The notes under the pieces are model-generated. The model made no database searches. It saw only the letters and a program-made list of their open reading frames with translations, and had not been told where the DNA came from. This document shows positions 50,371-63,031 of a DNA stretch of 64,000 nt, piece after piece. The position numbers and the translations under genes are program-made. Source of the stretch: Styela clava (lineage: Eukaryota); the NCBI RefSeq assembly GCF_964204865.1, contig NC_135264.1, forward strand, positions 15,252,001 through 15,316,000, given 5' to 3'. Position 1 is the first letter of the stretch, and the number at the start of each line of letters is the position of its first letter.

Positions 50371-52305
50371 ATATTATTTTCAAAAGAGATGAGTAATTTA
50401 TAACGGGAAACCATTACGTTATATCCTGTACACGTCATCATTTATTGTTTGGGCACAAAAAAGACTTCAAAACAAAAACTGTCAAACACACCAGAAATTC
50501 GATCTTGGAAAAATCATCAATGTAAAAGTAATTTTAGTGTTGACTGATGAATTAAAGTTTTAAGACCACAGCTTCCTAATATAGCAAAAATCGAATGTTT
50601 ATGCATAAATGTATATACGCTGCGTCCCCCCAAAACAGAATCAACCCAGGTCATTTGGGACATAGATCACTGAAACTTTTGGGTACGATCACACAACAAA
50701 ACTTCGAGTGATAAATAAATTATCGTCATTTTCTATTTGTATCATTTTTTTTCTATTTTTTTCTGCGTGGGGGTATGTTATCTTGGCATTTATGCAATAT
50801 ATTTGTAATACTCTGTAGACAACAAGTTTTTTCCTTTGGTATTAAACTTTTTTTATTGCCACCCTTAGTTGATTGAATCAAAGTGCTCGATAGCTAGCTT
50901 CACTTTATACCCGGGGATTCACCATGAGTAGTTTAACACGCCACTAACAAATATCCAATCAGATGCTAGATTCATTGGTTTTCAACCTTTTATCTTTCGT
51001 GGTTCACTTTTATTGGACAAAAATTTTTGTTGTACAAAACTTTCCTATGCTTGATGAAAACTAAAAAAAATTCCCTTCCACTTCAATAATTAAAATGAGA
51101 ATGGCCATCCAGTAGCAAAAACAGCATCATCATTGCTACTACAATCAAAGTTTAACCAATTTATCAATAACTCTGGCAATTTTAATATGTTTGTTTGGCC
51201 CACCTGGAAATGTTTCTGTGGTGCAGAAGTGGGTCATGTCCCACTGGTTGAGAACCAGCGTATAGCTAAATAGTGTACTTACGTTTGTCTGACGTTCAGA
51301 CGGTATATTTTTTACCCAGCATTCATTGCGGCCATCTTTTTATCGCGAGAAGAAAGGAAATTTATTCCGGACGACGACTCAGGGCGGAAGGGCAAGTCAA
51401 GTAATTGGCTAGTCTACTCTGTCGAATAATTCTGTTTTCCAGAAATAGTTAAATAGTGAGTCATGAATCCAACAATCCTCGACGTTGCTTGTAAATCCAG
51501 TTCAATGGTTTAATCAAACGTTTTGGCCCTTCCCTTGTTATTACAACATATGCACCGTTAAAAAAAGGTAAGGAGTGAGTAACAGACCGAACGCAGATAT
51601 TTAATACATATTCAACTGAACAAAAGGGGGTCACGCTTATGTTGATCAATATAAAAGACCTCGCCAGTCCTAAACAAAAGATAACTTACAGATTATCAGC
51701 AAAAATTTTCTAGAGAAAACATAACTTTTGTGAAGAGCGTCATAGATTGTTGAAACTTTTCGATACAATCATACATAAACAGAAGATCAAGTGTAAGAGT
51801 AAATTTTGTTTCTTTCCGTAGATTTAATTGAGACTTTTTGACTCATCTTTTATATACATATATACACACGGGGACAAACAAATCTAGGTTATTTGGGCCA
51901 TATTCTACCAGAGTATACGTAACTTTTGTAAAAGCGTCTTGTGTTACTAAAACTTAGTTATAATCAGACACAAACAAAAATTGAATAAAATCTTATTATT
52001 TTTTTATGGGTAATTGAGCAACCTAGTTTTCCCTTTTTTATTGAAGGTGGGAGGAAGCATTTGAATATTCTATGCCCGAGGAAGACTGATTAAAACCACC
52101 GTGCATTAAACGCTTACGTTTTAATTAAGTAAAAAAACCTCTGCGTAAGAAAATCAACGTTTAAGCTCAAAATTTCGACTCCGACCAAATGGGGAGCGGC
52201 GCTTACTCACGCAAGCAGCATAACGATATGTAGGAAACTACTAATATGTGGGAGGACCGCAATCATTCAGCATTGCCCTTTCCTAGCCTTGGCTATGCCT
52301 ATGGC

Positions 52306-52523
52306 GACGCTCCAGAAGTGTATGTACCAATAAGGAGGTTTGTTTTGAATTTTGTTAGCCTACTCTACATCAAGTTGTGTAAAGGGACTGAAACCTATGG
52401 TCAGGGGGTATATTCACTTGGCTAACACAGACAGTCCCCGAAGTCGTAATAGAACTAAAATAGGGAAAATCGGAATTAAATTATGACTAAACCCGAACCT
52501 GGTACATATACTACGGGATTACC
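52306..52523 (+). mobile_element. Merlin-like MITE family B
   Basis: Full-length match; further fragments at 4385-4435, 5030-5167 and 46589-46702. Confidence 0.8.
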
Positions 52524-52723
52524 CCAATGATTTCATAATATATTTGCTTACTTATCTTTATAAAATATTCATTAGTTTTTATTTGAAGGTAAGTAAATTT
52601 TAGTGCCTCGTATTCAGAGTGAATATCTTCTGCGTTGGAAAATCTATGATTGATTTCTGTTTCCTTCTGAAAATTTAATGCCTTACTTTTTATATATTAT
52701 TTATCGTATCGATATTTATTTTG

Positions 52724-53222
52724 GCAGTTGAACCTCAGAAAGAGAAAAAAAACTAATGTGTTTCTGTGACAAAAAGAAAAAGGCACTCCCTACAAGTAAG
52801 AAAATTTTATAGTGCCTTTCTTGTTTCTTATCCATAGTCATGAATAAATCATGAGTAAAGGGAAAAATCGAATTAAAACTGACTGGGGCCCGTACAACTA
52901 TTCTCTTAATGCACACGAAATGGACCTATGGACCGGACCGTTTTGTTGTTATGAAAAAAAATCGCTTTTCTTCGATTATTTGGTTAAAGATTGTATTCGT
53001 CGCTAGAAGGCTATTACTTTTATTTATTTTAAAAATTTCTTTCGGCTCTATGGCTCCAAGTCTGAGATGTACGGTGACGTCATAAAAATTTCATTTCATT
53101 TTGCTTTCGTGTATATTTGAGCATCGCTCTTTTGTTATTGGCTTTCCTCTCTCCAAAGATAAAAATTTCGGTACTCCCGAAGTATGTGAACCAAGATGGC
53201 GGACACCGGAACGTAGTATGTG
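52724..53222. repeat. ~500 bp direct repeat of 57428-57929
   Basis: High identity, including the left end of the family A MITE. Confidence 0.9.
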
Positions 53223-53392
53223 TTAAACCATAATTTCACGTAAAAATGCTACGGGAGTCACTTGGCTAGTCCCCAAACTCGTAATAGAACTAAAATAGGG
53301 AAAATAGGAATAAATCTATGGCCTAACCCTAACTTGGTACACATACTACATTCCGGTGTCCGCCATCTTGGTTCACATACTTCGGAAGTACC
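53170..53392. mobile_element. Merlin-like MITE family A
   Basis: TIRs; TSD aaaatttc/gaaatttc. Confidence 0.85.
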
Positions 53393-55029
53393 GAAATTTC
53401 GATCTTATGACTATCTATGTGACCAAAAATAACGAACCTCGGAAGGAAATTTTGACGGCTGAATTCGATTTTTAAAGATAGTTGTAGTAGTCGTTATTTC
53501 CAAAACAAAATCGGCTTTCACCCATTCCTCCGGTGTATCAACAACTGGCGTTCCTCAGACGTGTTATGTTAACATACCCTTTTGTCGTTTTCAGTTTCTT
53601 AACCCCGGTTAGTGATTTTTCAAACATTAAAACCACCAATATAGTGTATAACGAATGCATAGATCTTTCTCTCTGTAAATATCAGATTTTAAAACAAACA
53701 GTGTACATTAATATTTAACACGATACCCCTTTGTTGCAAACCATATCAAATGCCGATGTCCCTTGTCAGTACGAATCACACAACACATTTAAACACAGAA
53801 ACATGATCGTTGACGCTTTTGTTCGTCCCATTTAAACCCTTGTCTGGACCATATTGCACCATTGCAACACTACAAATTGCCAGCGTTTCAAGCCATTGTG
53901 CTCTTCTATATGATACCGAGTCACTGTCTTTTACGACCAATTTTAATGTTTTTAACTGTCTAATACACTAGCACGCCGTTTCTCAACCAGTGGGCCAGTG
54001 GTAATTCTCATTTTAATTATTAAAGTAAACGTGTATATCGAAAAAATACTGTTTTGTTTTATCTTGTAGTTTTTCTCTTGCCTGAGAAAGTTAATAGGCC
54101 ACAGAATTTTTTGTGCAACGAAAGTGGGGCACGGATGAAAAATGGTTGATATAGTACTATTAATCGTTTAACATGCGGATACATTTATTCTTATAATCAG
54201 TTACTCTGTGGCGCAATGAAATCTTAATATAAAAATTTTATTTCTGTTGGATAGAAATATATAGGAAATTTCATTGTGCAATAATTTCGACTCCAAACTT
54301 CCAACGCCGAAACGTCGATGAAATTAAAAATTCCGAATTCAGATTTCAAATCTGGAACGATTAAATGTTTTGACTTCGACTCAGAGGAAGATCGAAAAGA
54401 CTCTCCGATTAGTTAAGATGAAATCTGAACTCATGGTAAAAATATCCGCTGGGTATGTTCCAAATGACCTGGGTTCGTTCTCTATTTTTTCCCGAGGGGG
54501 GTCACCTTGGTCAGTATACTTACTTTCTCATTTGTACTCTTGTGAACAGAAAACGGTAGATACCCTTTCCCATTTAGCAGGCGATTAAAATTTTGGGCAA
54601 ATAAAATAAATATTTCAATAAAACGAACATTTCAAAGCCCACAAACATATTGCAAAACTTTTCACCCGCCCCTACGCCAACATACCTATACAAAGGCTTC
54701 AAACAACTTATCGAACATGCGTCAAGTACTGACTTTCATTCATTCAAGCATATTGTGTAACTTTTGTTTCGCTAGGGGATTTACCCTGTTACATAAACTG
54801 TATAATTTTGTTCAATAGTTTAATTAATGTTAACTAACCATTTTCTATACATATGGACTAAGTTGTGTTCTGTGAAAAACAAGTATTATATGCTTACCCC
54901 TGCATCAAGCGATTAAGTTAGCACGGCTTATTCTGAGTTCAACTGCAGCAAGCTAATACCCTACAATCAATACAATATTAATCCTATTGCCCAGATTTTC
55001 TCTTGTCATGGCGTCAACTATCAGTTGAG

Positions 55030-55302
55030 ATTACGCAAAACAAACTACCTTTACGCCTTTGCCTAGCTTTACCTTTGCGCGGGTAGATCCGTATGCGTAT
55101 ACTGTAATCATAATACAAAGGACTATTTTTTTTTGATCCAAAAGTCTTGCTGCACACTATCATAAAGACAAAATGTTACAGAAATAAATGTGTTAAAGTG
55201 TGCAGCAGTGCTTTTGAATTATCATTCATCATCACTAATCCATATACTGACCCACTAGCGCAAAGGCATATAGCAAAGAAATGTAGTTAGTCTCGCGTAA
55301 CC
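55030..55302. repeat. Palindromic dispersed repeat family E
   Basis: Core gttacagaaata.atttgtgttagtgtgcagca also at 4100-4155, 13425-13505, 24935-25120, 32400-32575, 44955-45490, 46050-46125 and 56060-56195. Confidence 0.7.
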
Positions 55303-55844
55303 CGGCTGATACCAAGTACATTAGTTGCAAATTAACGGTATATTATAGTGGATCTTCTCGTATTTATAGAGTTGGGAAATATTTTTGTCGAAACGCTTTT
55401 TTCTAAATGTTGATTGCTTGCCAAAATAGATCGGGACCATGCAGCCGTGACCAACTGTCACTCACAAGTATATGGCGCGAAAATTGAGCAAATAGTTCCG
55501 TTTTTCGTAGTAAAGTTGATTCAGCCAAGGGCGTCACACACGTTTTTTGGAAATGATAAGGTTGGCAGCAGGGTATTTGCGTCGATAAATGAAGCTCACT
55601 TTACTGCTTTTTAGAGTCGAAATTATGAAGACAATACGCTCTACCTCAATGTGTTCAGATTCGAGCTGTGAAAGTAACTGGGGATCGCCTGTGAGTATTC
55701 TTCACATATATTTATCGAGCCATTATAATGCGATTTGATGTTATTGGTTAATACGGCCTAAGTTCGGATAGGACTTTCTAACCAAGGCATACATTATGTT
55801 CATTACGGCTTCTCGTCCAGTCAACAGTCCATGTAAAAATATTT

Positions 55845-55948
55845 GGCGCACTCGAAGTATGTGCGCCAAGATGGCGCGCATCCTGAACATAGCATGTGTA
55901 CTAGGTTCAGGTTGTGCGCCATGTTGGTGCGCATACATCTGGAGCTCC
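55845..55948. mobile_element. Short Merlin-like MITE (~105-115 bp subfamily)
   Basis: Palindromic; perfect 8 bp TSD aaatattt; relatives at ~12265-12365 and 38632-38744. Confidence 0.82.
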
Positions 55949-56509
55949 AAATATTTTGTCGAATAAGTTGAAGAAAATAAAAGTAATAAATAATGTAAAA
56001 ACAATATGAATTTACCAACAACCGCATAATCTATATTAAAATGAATTTTGTTTCTGCGGAATTAACTACTTATCCTTCTTCTACCCTTTTGTGCCAGCGG
56101 AACCGTATGCATATAATGAATGGATGGTGTAGCAAGAGTGAAGATACCTATCCTAGGTGATTCAAGAGTGACGTTACAGAAATATATTTGTGTTCGTCAC
56201 CTAGGAAAATGAATTCGGTTGTAAAATCCGATCGTCCTTTCTTTGAGCATAGTGTTATAAATTGGCAACTATATGTATTCTACGCCATTGACCTATTGTT
56301 TACTCAGCAATTGGCGCCTGTACGGTACCTAATGTTTACCAATGTTTCGTAACTTTTAGTATCTTGAAATATAACAATGCTAGATAAAAATCATCTCGGT
56401 GTCTGCATTCAAATCATGCGTAAGTAGCTTACAAAAATTTTAACAGTAACAGTATATGACTCTTTTAAACTGTTAAAATTATATATATATATCGAATATT
56501 TAAAAGTAG

Positions 56510-59025
56510 ACAAACCTCCTCCGAGAGCTTGTTGCCCTTAGGGAAAACATAGGTTGCATATTTACAAAAAAGTTTTAAAGTGAAAATGATTTATCGAGCA
56601 TACGTCAAGTATGGACTTGCCGATCAATTGTATCGTACCCTACAATTCACAAGGGTATTTACCCGGTTAACGAAATTTCGTAATCGTAATGTCGAAAGTT
56701 CAATAGGAAGCGCATATGCGGTAACTCTTTCCTGTGCAAGCATTTACACAAATTACAAAAATGTTTTGTGTCCTACGTGTCAAGGACCGTTTAGGACCGC
56801 GTTCGCGAAATTCCTTGCGAACCCCAAGAATCCCACCATTCCACGTAAATCAATTAGGATATTTTGTGCCAAGCCCACGCTAAAAAACACCAACGCCAAC
56901 GCTCAAAATAAGAAAGTTACTGAATATTCATTTCGGTTTGGGTTAAGGTAAAGAATATAACTTGATGCCACTTATGATGCAATCATCTAGTTTTTTCTAA
57001 GAAGAATTCAAATGAACTACGATAGACGCAATAGTTTAATCTATGACGAAATGAGAACAACTCGTAAAATGAAAAGAAAAAGTGTGTTTTGACAGATCTG
57101 AATCACCTTAAATGCGACCCATTTTCACCTGGGGTGTTTTCTCAAATCTCACATTTTTGCATTAGTGGCGGAGGTTTTGTACAGAAGATTCGTTAAATAG
57201 ACTTTTATATTTCTATAAAATTTGCTGTGCGAAACTTTCGAAATACCATCTAATTTTACTCGGTTGTTTTGTATTTATTCTAAAATGAGCGTGAATAGAC
57301 TCAATTGAGGCCTATTCAATCATGTCTTAAGTGAATTTGACAATATGGGCCAAACTAAGTCAGGGCAGAATCCTAATTTCAGCATACGCAATTGGGCGCT
57401 CCGGAAGTAAGGTTGATGTTTATTTTCGCAGTTGAACCTCAGAAAGAGAGAAAAAGAAAAAGGTACTTCCTACAAGTAAGAAAATTTGATAGTGCCTTTC
57501 TTGTTTCTTATCCATTGTCATAAATAAATCATGAGTAAAGCGAAAAATCGAATTAAAACTCGGCTGGGGCCCGTATAACTATTCTCTTATTGCACACGAA
57601 ATGGACCGATGGATCGTTTTGTTGTTATGAAAAAAAATCGCTTTTCTTTTCAACTACGCGACCAATTGCTTTGGAATTTCCATTGGTTAAAGATTGTATT
57701 CGTCGCTAGAAGGCTATTACTTCTATTTATTTCAAAAATTTCTTTGGGCTCTAAGGCTTCAAGTCTGAGATATACGGTGACCTCATATAGATTGCATTTC
57801 ATTTTGCTTTCGTGTCCATATATTTGAGCATCGCTCTTTTGTTATTGGCTTTCCCTTCTCCAAAGATAAATATTTCGGTACTCCCGAAGGATGTGAACCA
57901 AGATGGTGGACACTGGAACGTAGTATGTGCAGACAAACCCCTTGGGAGAATTTGTTATGCTTAGTAAACATATTTGTATGCATCAAGTATGGACTTGCCG
58001 AGCAATCTTATCTTATAACGTCCAATTCACAAGGGTATTTACCCGGTTACTGAACGCAAAAGATCGAGGTACAATATGCAACGCGTATGAAGCGACTCTT
58101 TACTGACCTTTCCCAGTCTCAATAAAATCTTGAATTTTCATTCTTTGATTGAAAATGCTGAAATTTTTTAAAATTCAGCCAAATAATCGCGAATGCATTG
58201 ATATAGATGATTGGGCTCCACAAACAAAATAGTTTTATTCGTGTGCATTAGTATCCATATATTAGTGGAAGATAGCTGGGATGGTCCCCTTTTCCTGTGC
58301 AAGCATTGGTACAAACCTACTCTTCTAATCTAATCTAATCAGTAATGGGATTTAAAATTTTAGAACGGGTTCATTTTTACCTTAAACTCACTAACAACAG
58401 ATTCTCTCATTTCATGAAATGTTTTGCGTCTTTCGAGTCAAGAGGGCCATCCCAGGTTCGCGCAAACCCCATGAATCACACCTCTCCGTGTAAGGTAATT
58501 AGTATCTTTTGTGCATCCCCCGACTGAAAACGCCCGCGTCAACGCTCAAAATAAGAAAGTTACTTATCCCTCAGTTAGGGTTTGGGCTATGAAAGCAAAT
58601 TGCACTAGAAATCAAATTTTTATTTCATTCTTAACCCTCTTAATAATTACCAATTTCTTATTTTACAACGTGGTGCGGGTGTTTTTTCAAATCTCACATT
58701 TTTGCATTCGTTAATTATACTTATATAGTTCTATGAAATCGCTGTACGAGACTTTCAAAATGCCATATAATTTTATTCAGTTGTTTTAGAGCTAATGCGT
58801 TCCCGGACTTATTTAGAGTATACGCAATCATGTCCCAAGTGAATTTGACAATATGCGTCAAACCAAGTCAGGTAACATCTTAATTTTCATTTATATTTTG
58901 TGCCAAGGCTATGGGATGAACAAACCTCCTTGGAGAGAGATTGTTACCATCAGGGCAAACATAAAAAAAAACATTAAAAAAAGGTTTTGAGGTGAAAATA
59001 GGTTATCGGGCTTGCATCAAGTAGG
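56510..59025 (-). repeat. Older ~0.9-1 kb tandem units (56510-57390, 57931-58900, partial 58918-59025) with decayed coding signal
   Basis: Shared acaaacc.cc, tcaagtatggacttgccga, caattcacaagggtatttacccggtta and aacgctcaaaataagaaagttact. Minus strand AQNILIDLRGMVGFLGFAR vs AQKILITLHGEV*FMGFAR. Confidence 0.75.
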
Positions 59026-59409
59026 CTACATACAATAGTAATCATAAGGTATACTTTTCTTTTCACTATAACTAAAGTCGAGCACAAACTTGATTTTCAT
59101 TTGGCACTTTAGAAATTTTTCTGTAGATTCTCGCCCTTAATTTTTTTTTTTACCGTTTCTTTGCTGTTCGTGCATTCGGAATTATCCTAGCATAGAAAAT
59201 ACCGTTGACTTCTCTTTCATCTAGTCCTCCAAGTCTTACAGTTCGTGATCTAATTTATTTACCAGTCTCGCCTTATTTTCATTCATTATCAGTGATCCAA
59301 TAGTCAATCTTTTATTGTGTTCGAAAAATCACTATTCTTGGTTTATTTGGTATAAGTCTCATGATCTTATTACGCAAGAAGAAAAATCAGCAAAGTCGTC
59401 GCCCTGATA

Positions 59410-60011
59410 TAGTGGGTGACTCAAAAGTAAGCATACACTTTTATTTTGATTTGCTTTTCAGGTACTCATCATAGAGCGTTCATTTCTTCAGAAAACATAG
59501 TATGGATAACTAGTAAAATTTAGATATTGTGTGCTTTTTTCAACAGCCCACAGAATGACAAGGAGATTACCCCAAAAGATTGGGTGGAAAATTGCGGATT
59601 GGCATGAAGCATGTAAATTAGTAAGGCAAACTTAGCGCCTCTTTAACAGAGAATTTGAAATTGATTCAGCTTCGAAAATTTTTCCTCAGAGCGTACGCTT
59701 CTTGGTCTTCCTGATCTTTTTGCATCAACTACATATCCAGTTTAGATGAATTTTTGATGAATTGCGTAATTCTTCACTGTAAAAGTGCCGAATGTCTTGC
59801 TCTTTTGTATGCTTCTTGCCAAACAGCAATTTTTCACCGCATTTCTATGGTTAATCTCCTTTTCATTCTCTGGGTTGTTGAAAATGCAAATCATACCTAA
59901 ATTTTACTACTTATCCATACTATGTTTTCTGAAGAAATGAACGCTCTATGATGAGAACCTGAAAAACAAATCAAAATTAAAAATGTATACTTAGTTTTGA
60001 GACACCCTGTA
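59410..60011 (-). mobile_element. Tc1/mariner deletion derivative with ~160 bp inverted repeats and a transposase N-terminal remnant
   Basis: IRs 59410-59571 / 59849-60011 with TA flanks. Minus strand MKRRLTIEMR*KIAVWQEAYK ... KFI*TGYVVDAKRSGRPRSVRSEE carries the GRPR motif. Confidence 0.85.
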
Positions 60012-60430
60012 TATTATAATTCAGATCAGAAGAAAATCCCCGCAAAAAAAAAAATTAGCGGTAAAAAAAAAGTGTATTTAAAAATTTGAAAATTTTTTGC
60101 GGCACGATGTTAAAGCTTAGAATCGTCATATTACGTTACCAGTAATCAGTGGTTCATTTGTTCGCCATACTGGAAATACACATTGCATATATGTACTATA
60201 CAAAAAGTGAAGGAAAAAAGTTCAGATAGATGCAATAAACCAGGGTTGGTCTCTTACGTTCCTGAATGGCTCAAAACTCAATATGGAACTATAAACAAAA
60301 TATAAAAATTGTTTACGAATAACTAGCCTAACAGCAAATGTACAAGAACAGCTAGTGTACCAAGTGCACAATTATATTCAGGTTTGACAGCCCGCGGGCC
60401 GTATTTTGCCGACACTTGCGATAAACCAAC

Positions 60431-60752
60431 TGGTTATCGATAGGGACAACACAGTATATTTCTATATACATACACTTGGCTGAATTTTTTTTATCATATT
60501 TTTGAGTGATCTCCAAACGAAATTATAGAAAGCCAGTGAGGTGAAAGCAAATGTCCAATACATGGGAAATCCTATGTCACAATTTCTTGATACGTTACCG
60601 TTTCTTTTTTAGCACAAACAGAATCCTGACGCCCAAAGCAAACACGAACCAAACACGGATGAAAATGGTAACAAGACAAATGTCAAGAAATGAAACTGAA
60701 TTTACCACAATGAAAAAGGAATTTCTGATCAGACTTAACCGAAAAATGTAAG

Positions 60753-60789
<37 letters not shown>

Positions 60790-63031
60790 TGAATCATTTC
60801 ACCATGCCGCTGAAATTGGCGGCAAAAACCTAATTCATTCATAAAATTTATTTTTACAGTTGGTTAGAATGCTTACCATATTTTCATTCAATGTCATTGA
60901 TCCAATACCTACACTTTTAAAAAATCACTATCTTGAGTTTATTTGCGGAAAATATTTGCTTCTGGATCACGTAAGAGGAAACTTGCTATACCCTGCAAAG
61001 ACGCCAGTATGTCTGAGTATTTAAAATATGTCAATATCTCACAACTTCCCGCGCTCAAACAGCCGAAACCAACTGTCATGTACATGCGCGCCAAAAAACG
61101 CGTTCCGTTTTTTCGAAGTATAGTTAACATTCGATTTAGCGGTTTAGGCAAGGGCAAATGTAAGATATGGTGAGAAAAGGATTCTAAAAACATCTTTTCC
61201 TTTGGTTATTGATTTTATATAATATCATTATAACTCTAATTTTTCCAGATTTCCAGAAGTACCATTCGTGATAGGCTGAAAATGTGTACATCCAACTTTG
61301 TTCTTCAGACAGGGTAAGAGTAAATAATTAGGTTATTTTGTGTCCTTTGGTCATTAGTCCTTTACGTTGTAATTTATTCAAAATCAGCGTTTCACAATCG
61401 GGGAAGAATTCCTCATTTTATTGTCTCGGGGCGAACATTTTACTTTTTATTTTCATGTAAAATTACAAATATTTTCCCGATACTTAGTATTACTGTAATA
61501 TATGTCTATTTGTGTAAAAATACGAGTTGCAAGTATCCAGGGGTAAGCTGATATCGGTTTTTGGAAATGTGAAAATGCCATTTACCATATCATATACATA
61601 GTAATTTTCGAGGCTTGAAACGATTTTTAGACCTTCACGACTCTTGACACCCACGTTTTCCGGACTGAACCGGCTGAATGTTACGGCCTAACTTTAAGAA
61701 ATTTTAGAACCCCAATTTAAAAATTACTGGCTACGCCTCTGCACGTATCATTGACCAATGATCCATTGAAATTCGTAAATAAAAATTAAAACCGAGCTTT
61801 TACGCACTGTGAGCGAGATATGAAAAACAGCTGTTCTAGCTAGGTGAAGGTTGGTATGAGATTAGTTCTCAAGGAGCAACGCGATTATTCTTTGCTATAT
61901 TTATTGCTTTATATTATTTATATTCGTATTATATTATTATTAATTTATATTATAATGGATTGCATTACCTTAGAATTTTCAATACAGCTTTCTGTCAAAT
62001 TGTTATATTTCAAATAGTTTCTTGCCGTCATACCCAATTGGCTGTAAGCTCTCACGCGTTTACAGTAGGCCTACCAATCAAAGCTTTACTGCGCTACTAG
62101 CATGGTCAGGCCAATGCGATTATTAAGATTGTATAACTAAAAAAAATTTTTTTTTAGGTTTGAGAAAGATTTCATCGACAACCTGAACGATGGCGAGGCA
62201 ATGACGATATATTGGCATTAACTCTGTGAGTAACTATTGTAAAATAATAAGTCTTGAACCGAATAGATTCTATATAGAAAAATTTTTTGAGAAGGTTTTC
62301 TATTATAGGGGGGATGGCACCTTATTATGCGAGTTCTTACCCCAGCACTATTTAACGTATTTCGGCGGAGCAACCCCAAACTGAATTTATTAAGAGGATA
62401 ATATAATCACGCAATGTATTGTAATGACAAATATTCGTCTATTGTAAAGTTGCACAATCAAATTGATCTGAATAACAATTAACGAAATACACTTGTTTAA
62501 TCCTTAAGTATATGTGATGAAACCAGTTTTCTAGATGACAAAGAACGATAAAATAAAAACAGGTAACACTTGAGCAAGCGTAGGAAATAGGTCATCGCAT
62601 AAAACGTTGTATGAAAATAATCATGAAGGAAATAAATTGGGGCAACGACCTTGTTTTAAGCATATGACATACACTATTAACAAGTAGTGGTTAAAAGCAT
62701 TGAAATACAGAGTAACTATCCCGATGTACTTGCTAGTGGCTACAATATAAAGTCAGTTGTTCAGTAATAGACACAACTAAGGTGTAGAACGACTGAGAGT
62801 TCATTTGTTACTTGCGGGCAAAGTTGGGTCTTGATTTAAGCCTTGAGCCACAGCTCGATAAACTAGAACGGCTTCACACCTGTGTCCAACTATAATGTTA
62901 CCAGTATTGCCTGTTCAGTGCGAAATTCAGTATACGGAATGTACTTTTTAATTTTAGGTGGAAATATTTCTTGAAGAACGTGAACGATGCCGAAATAGTG
63001 AATATTAACGCCGAAATAGTGAATTGGATCG
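60431..63031 (+). pseudogene. Spliced tandem death-fold gene with frameshifts (continues toward the window end)
   Basis: WLS motif at 60431. Exons ending 60747|gtaagt, 61257-61313, 62158-62225 and 62958-63031 give MSRNETEFTTMKKEFLIRLNRKISTIRDRLKMCTSNFVLQTGFEKDFIDNLNDGE/NDDILALTLWKYFLKNVNDAEIV. Exon 62158-62225 is 68 nt, 1 nt short of frame. Confidence 0.62.
60757..60785. repeat. (TA)n microsatellite
   Basis: Pure TA run just inside the intron; shorter runs at 24896-24914 and 47972-47988. Confidence 0.9.

Noticed and set aside
61249-61285. ISRSTIRDRLK resembling a psq/CENP-B helix-turn-helix
   Set aside because: It needs the upstream acceptor, which is out of phase with the previous exon. 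The second acceptor fits the DD reading.
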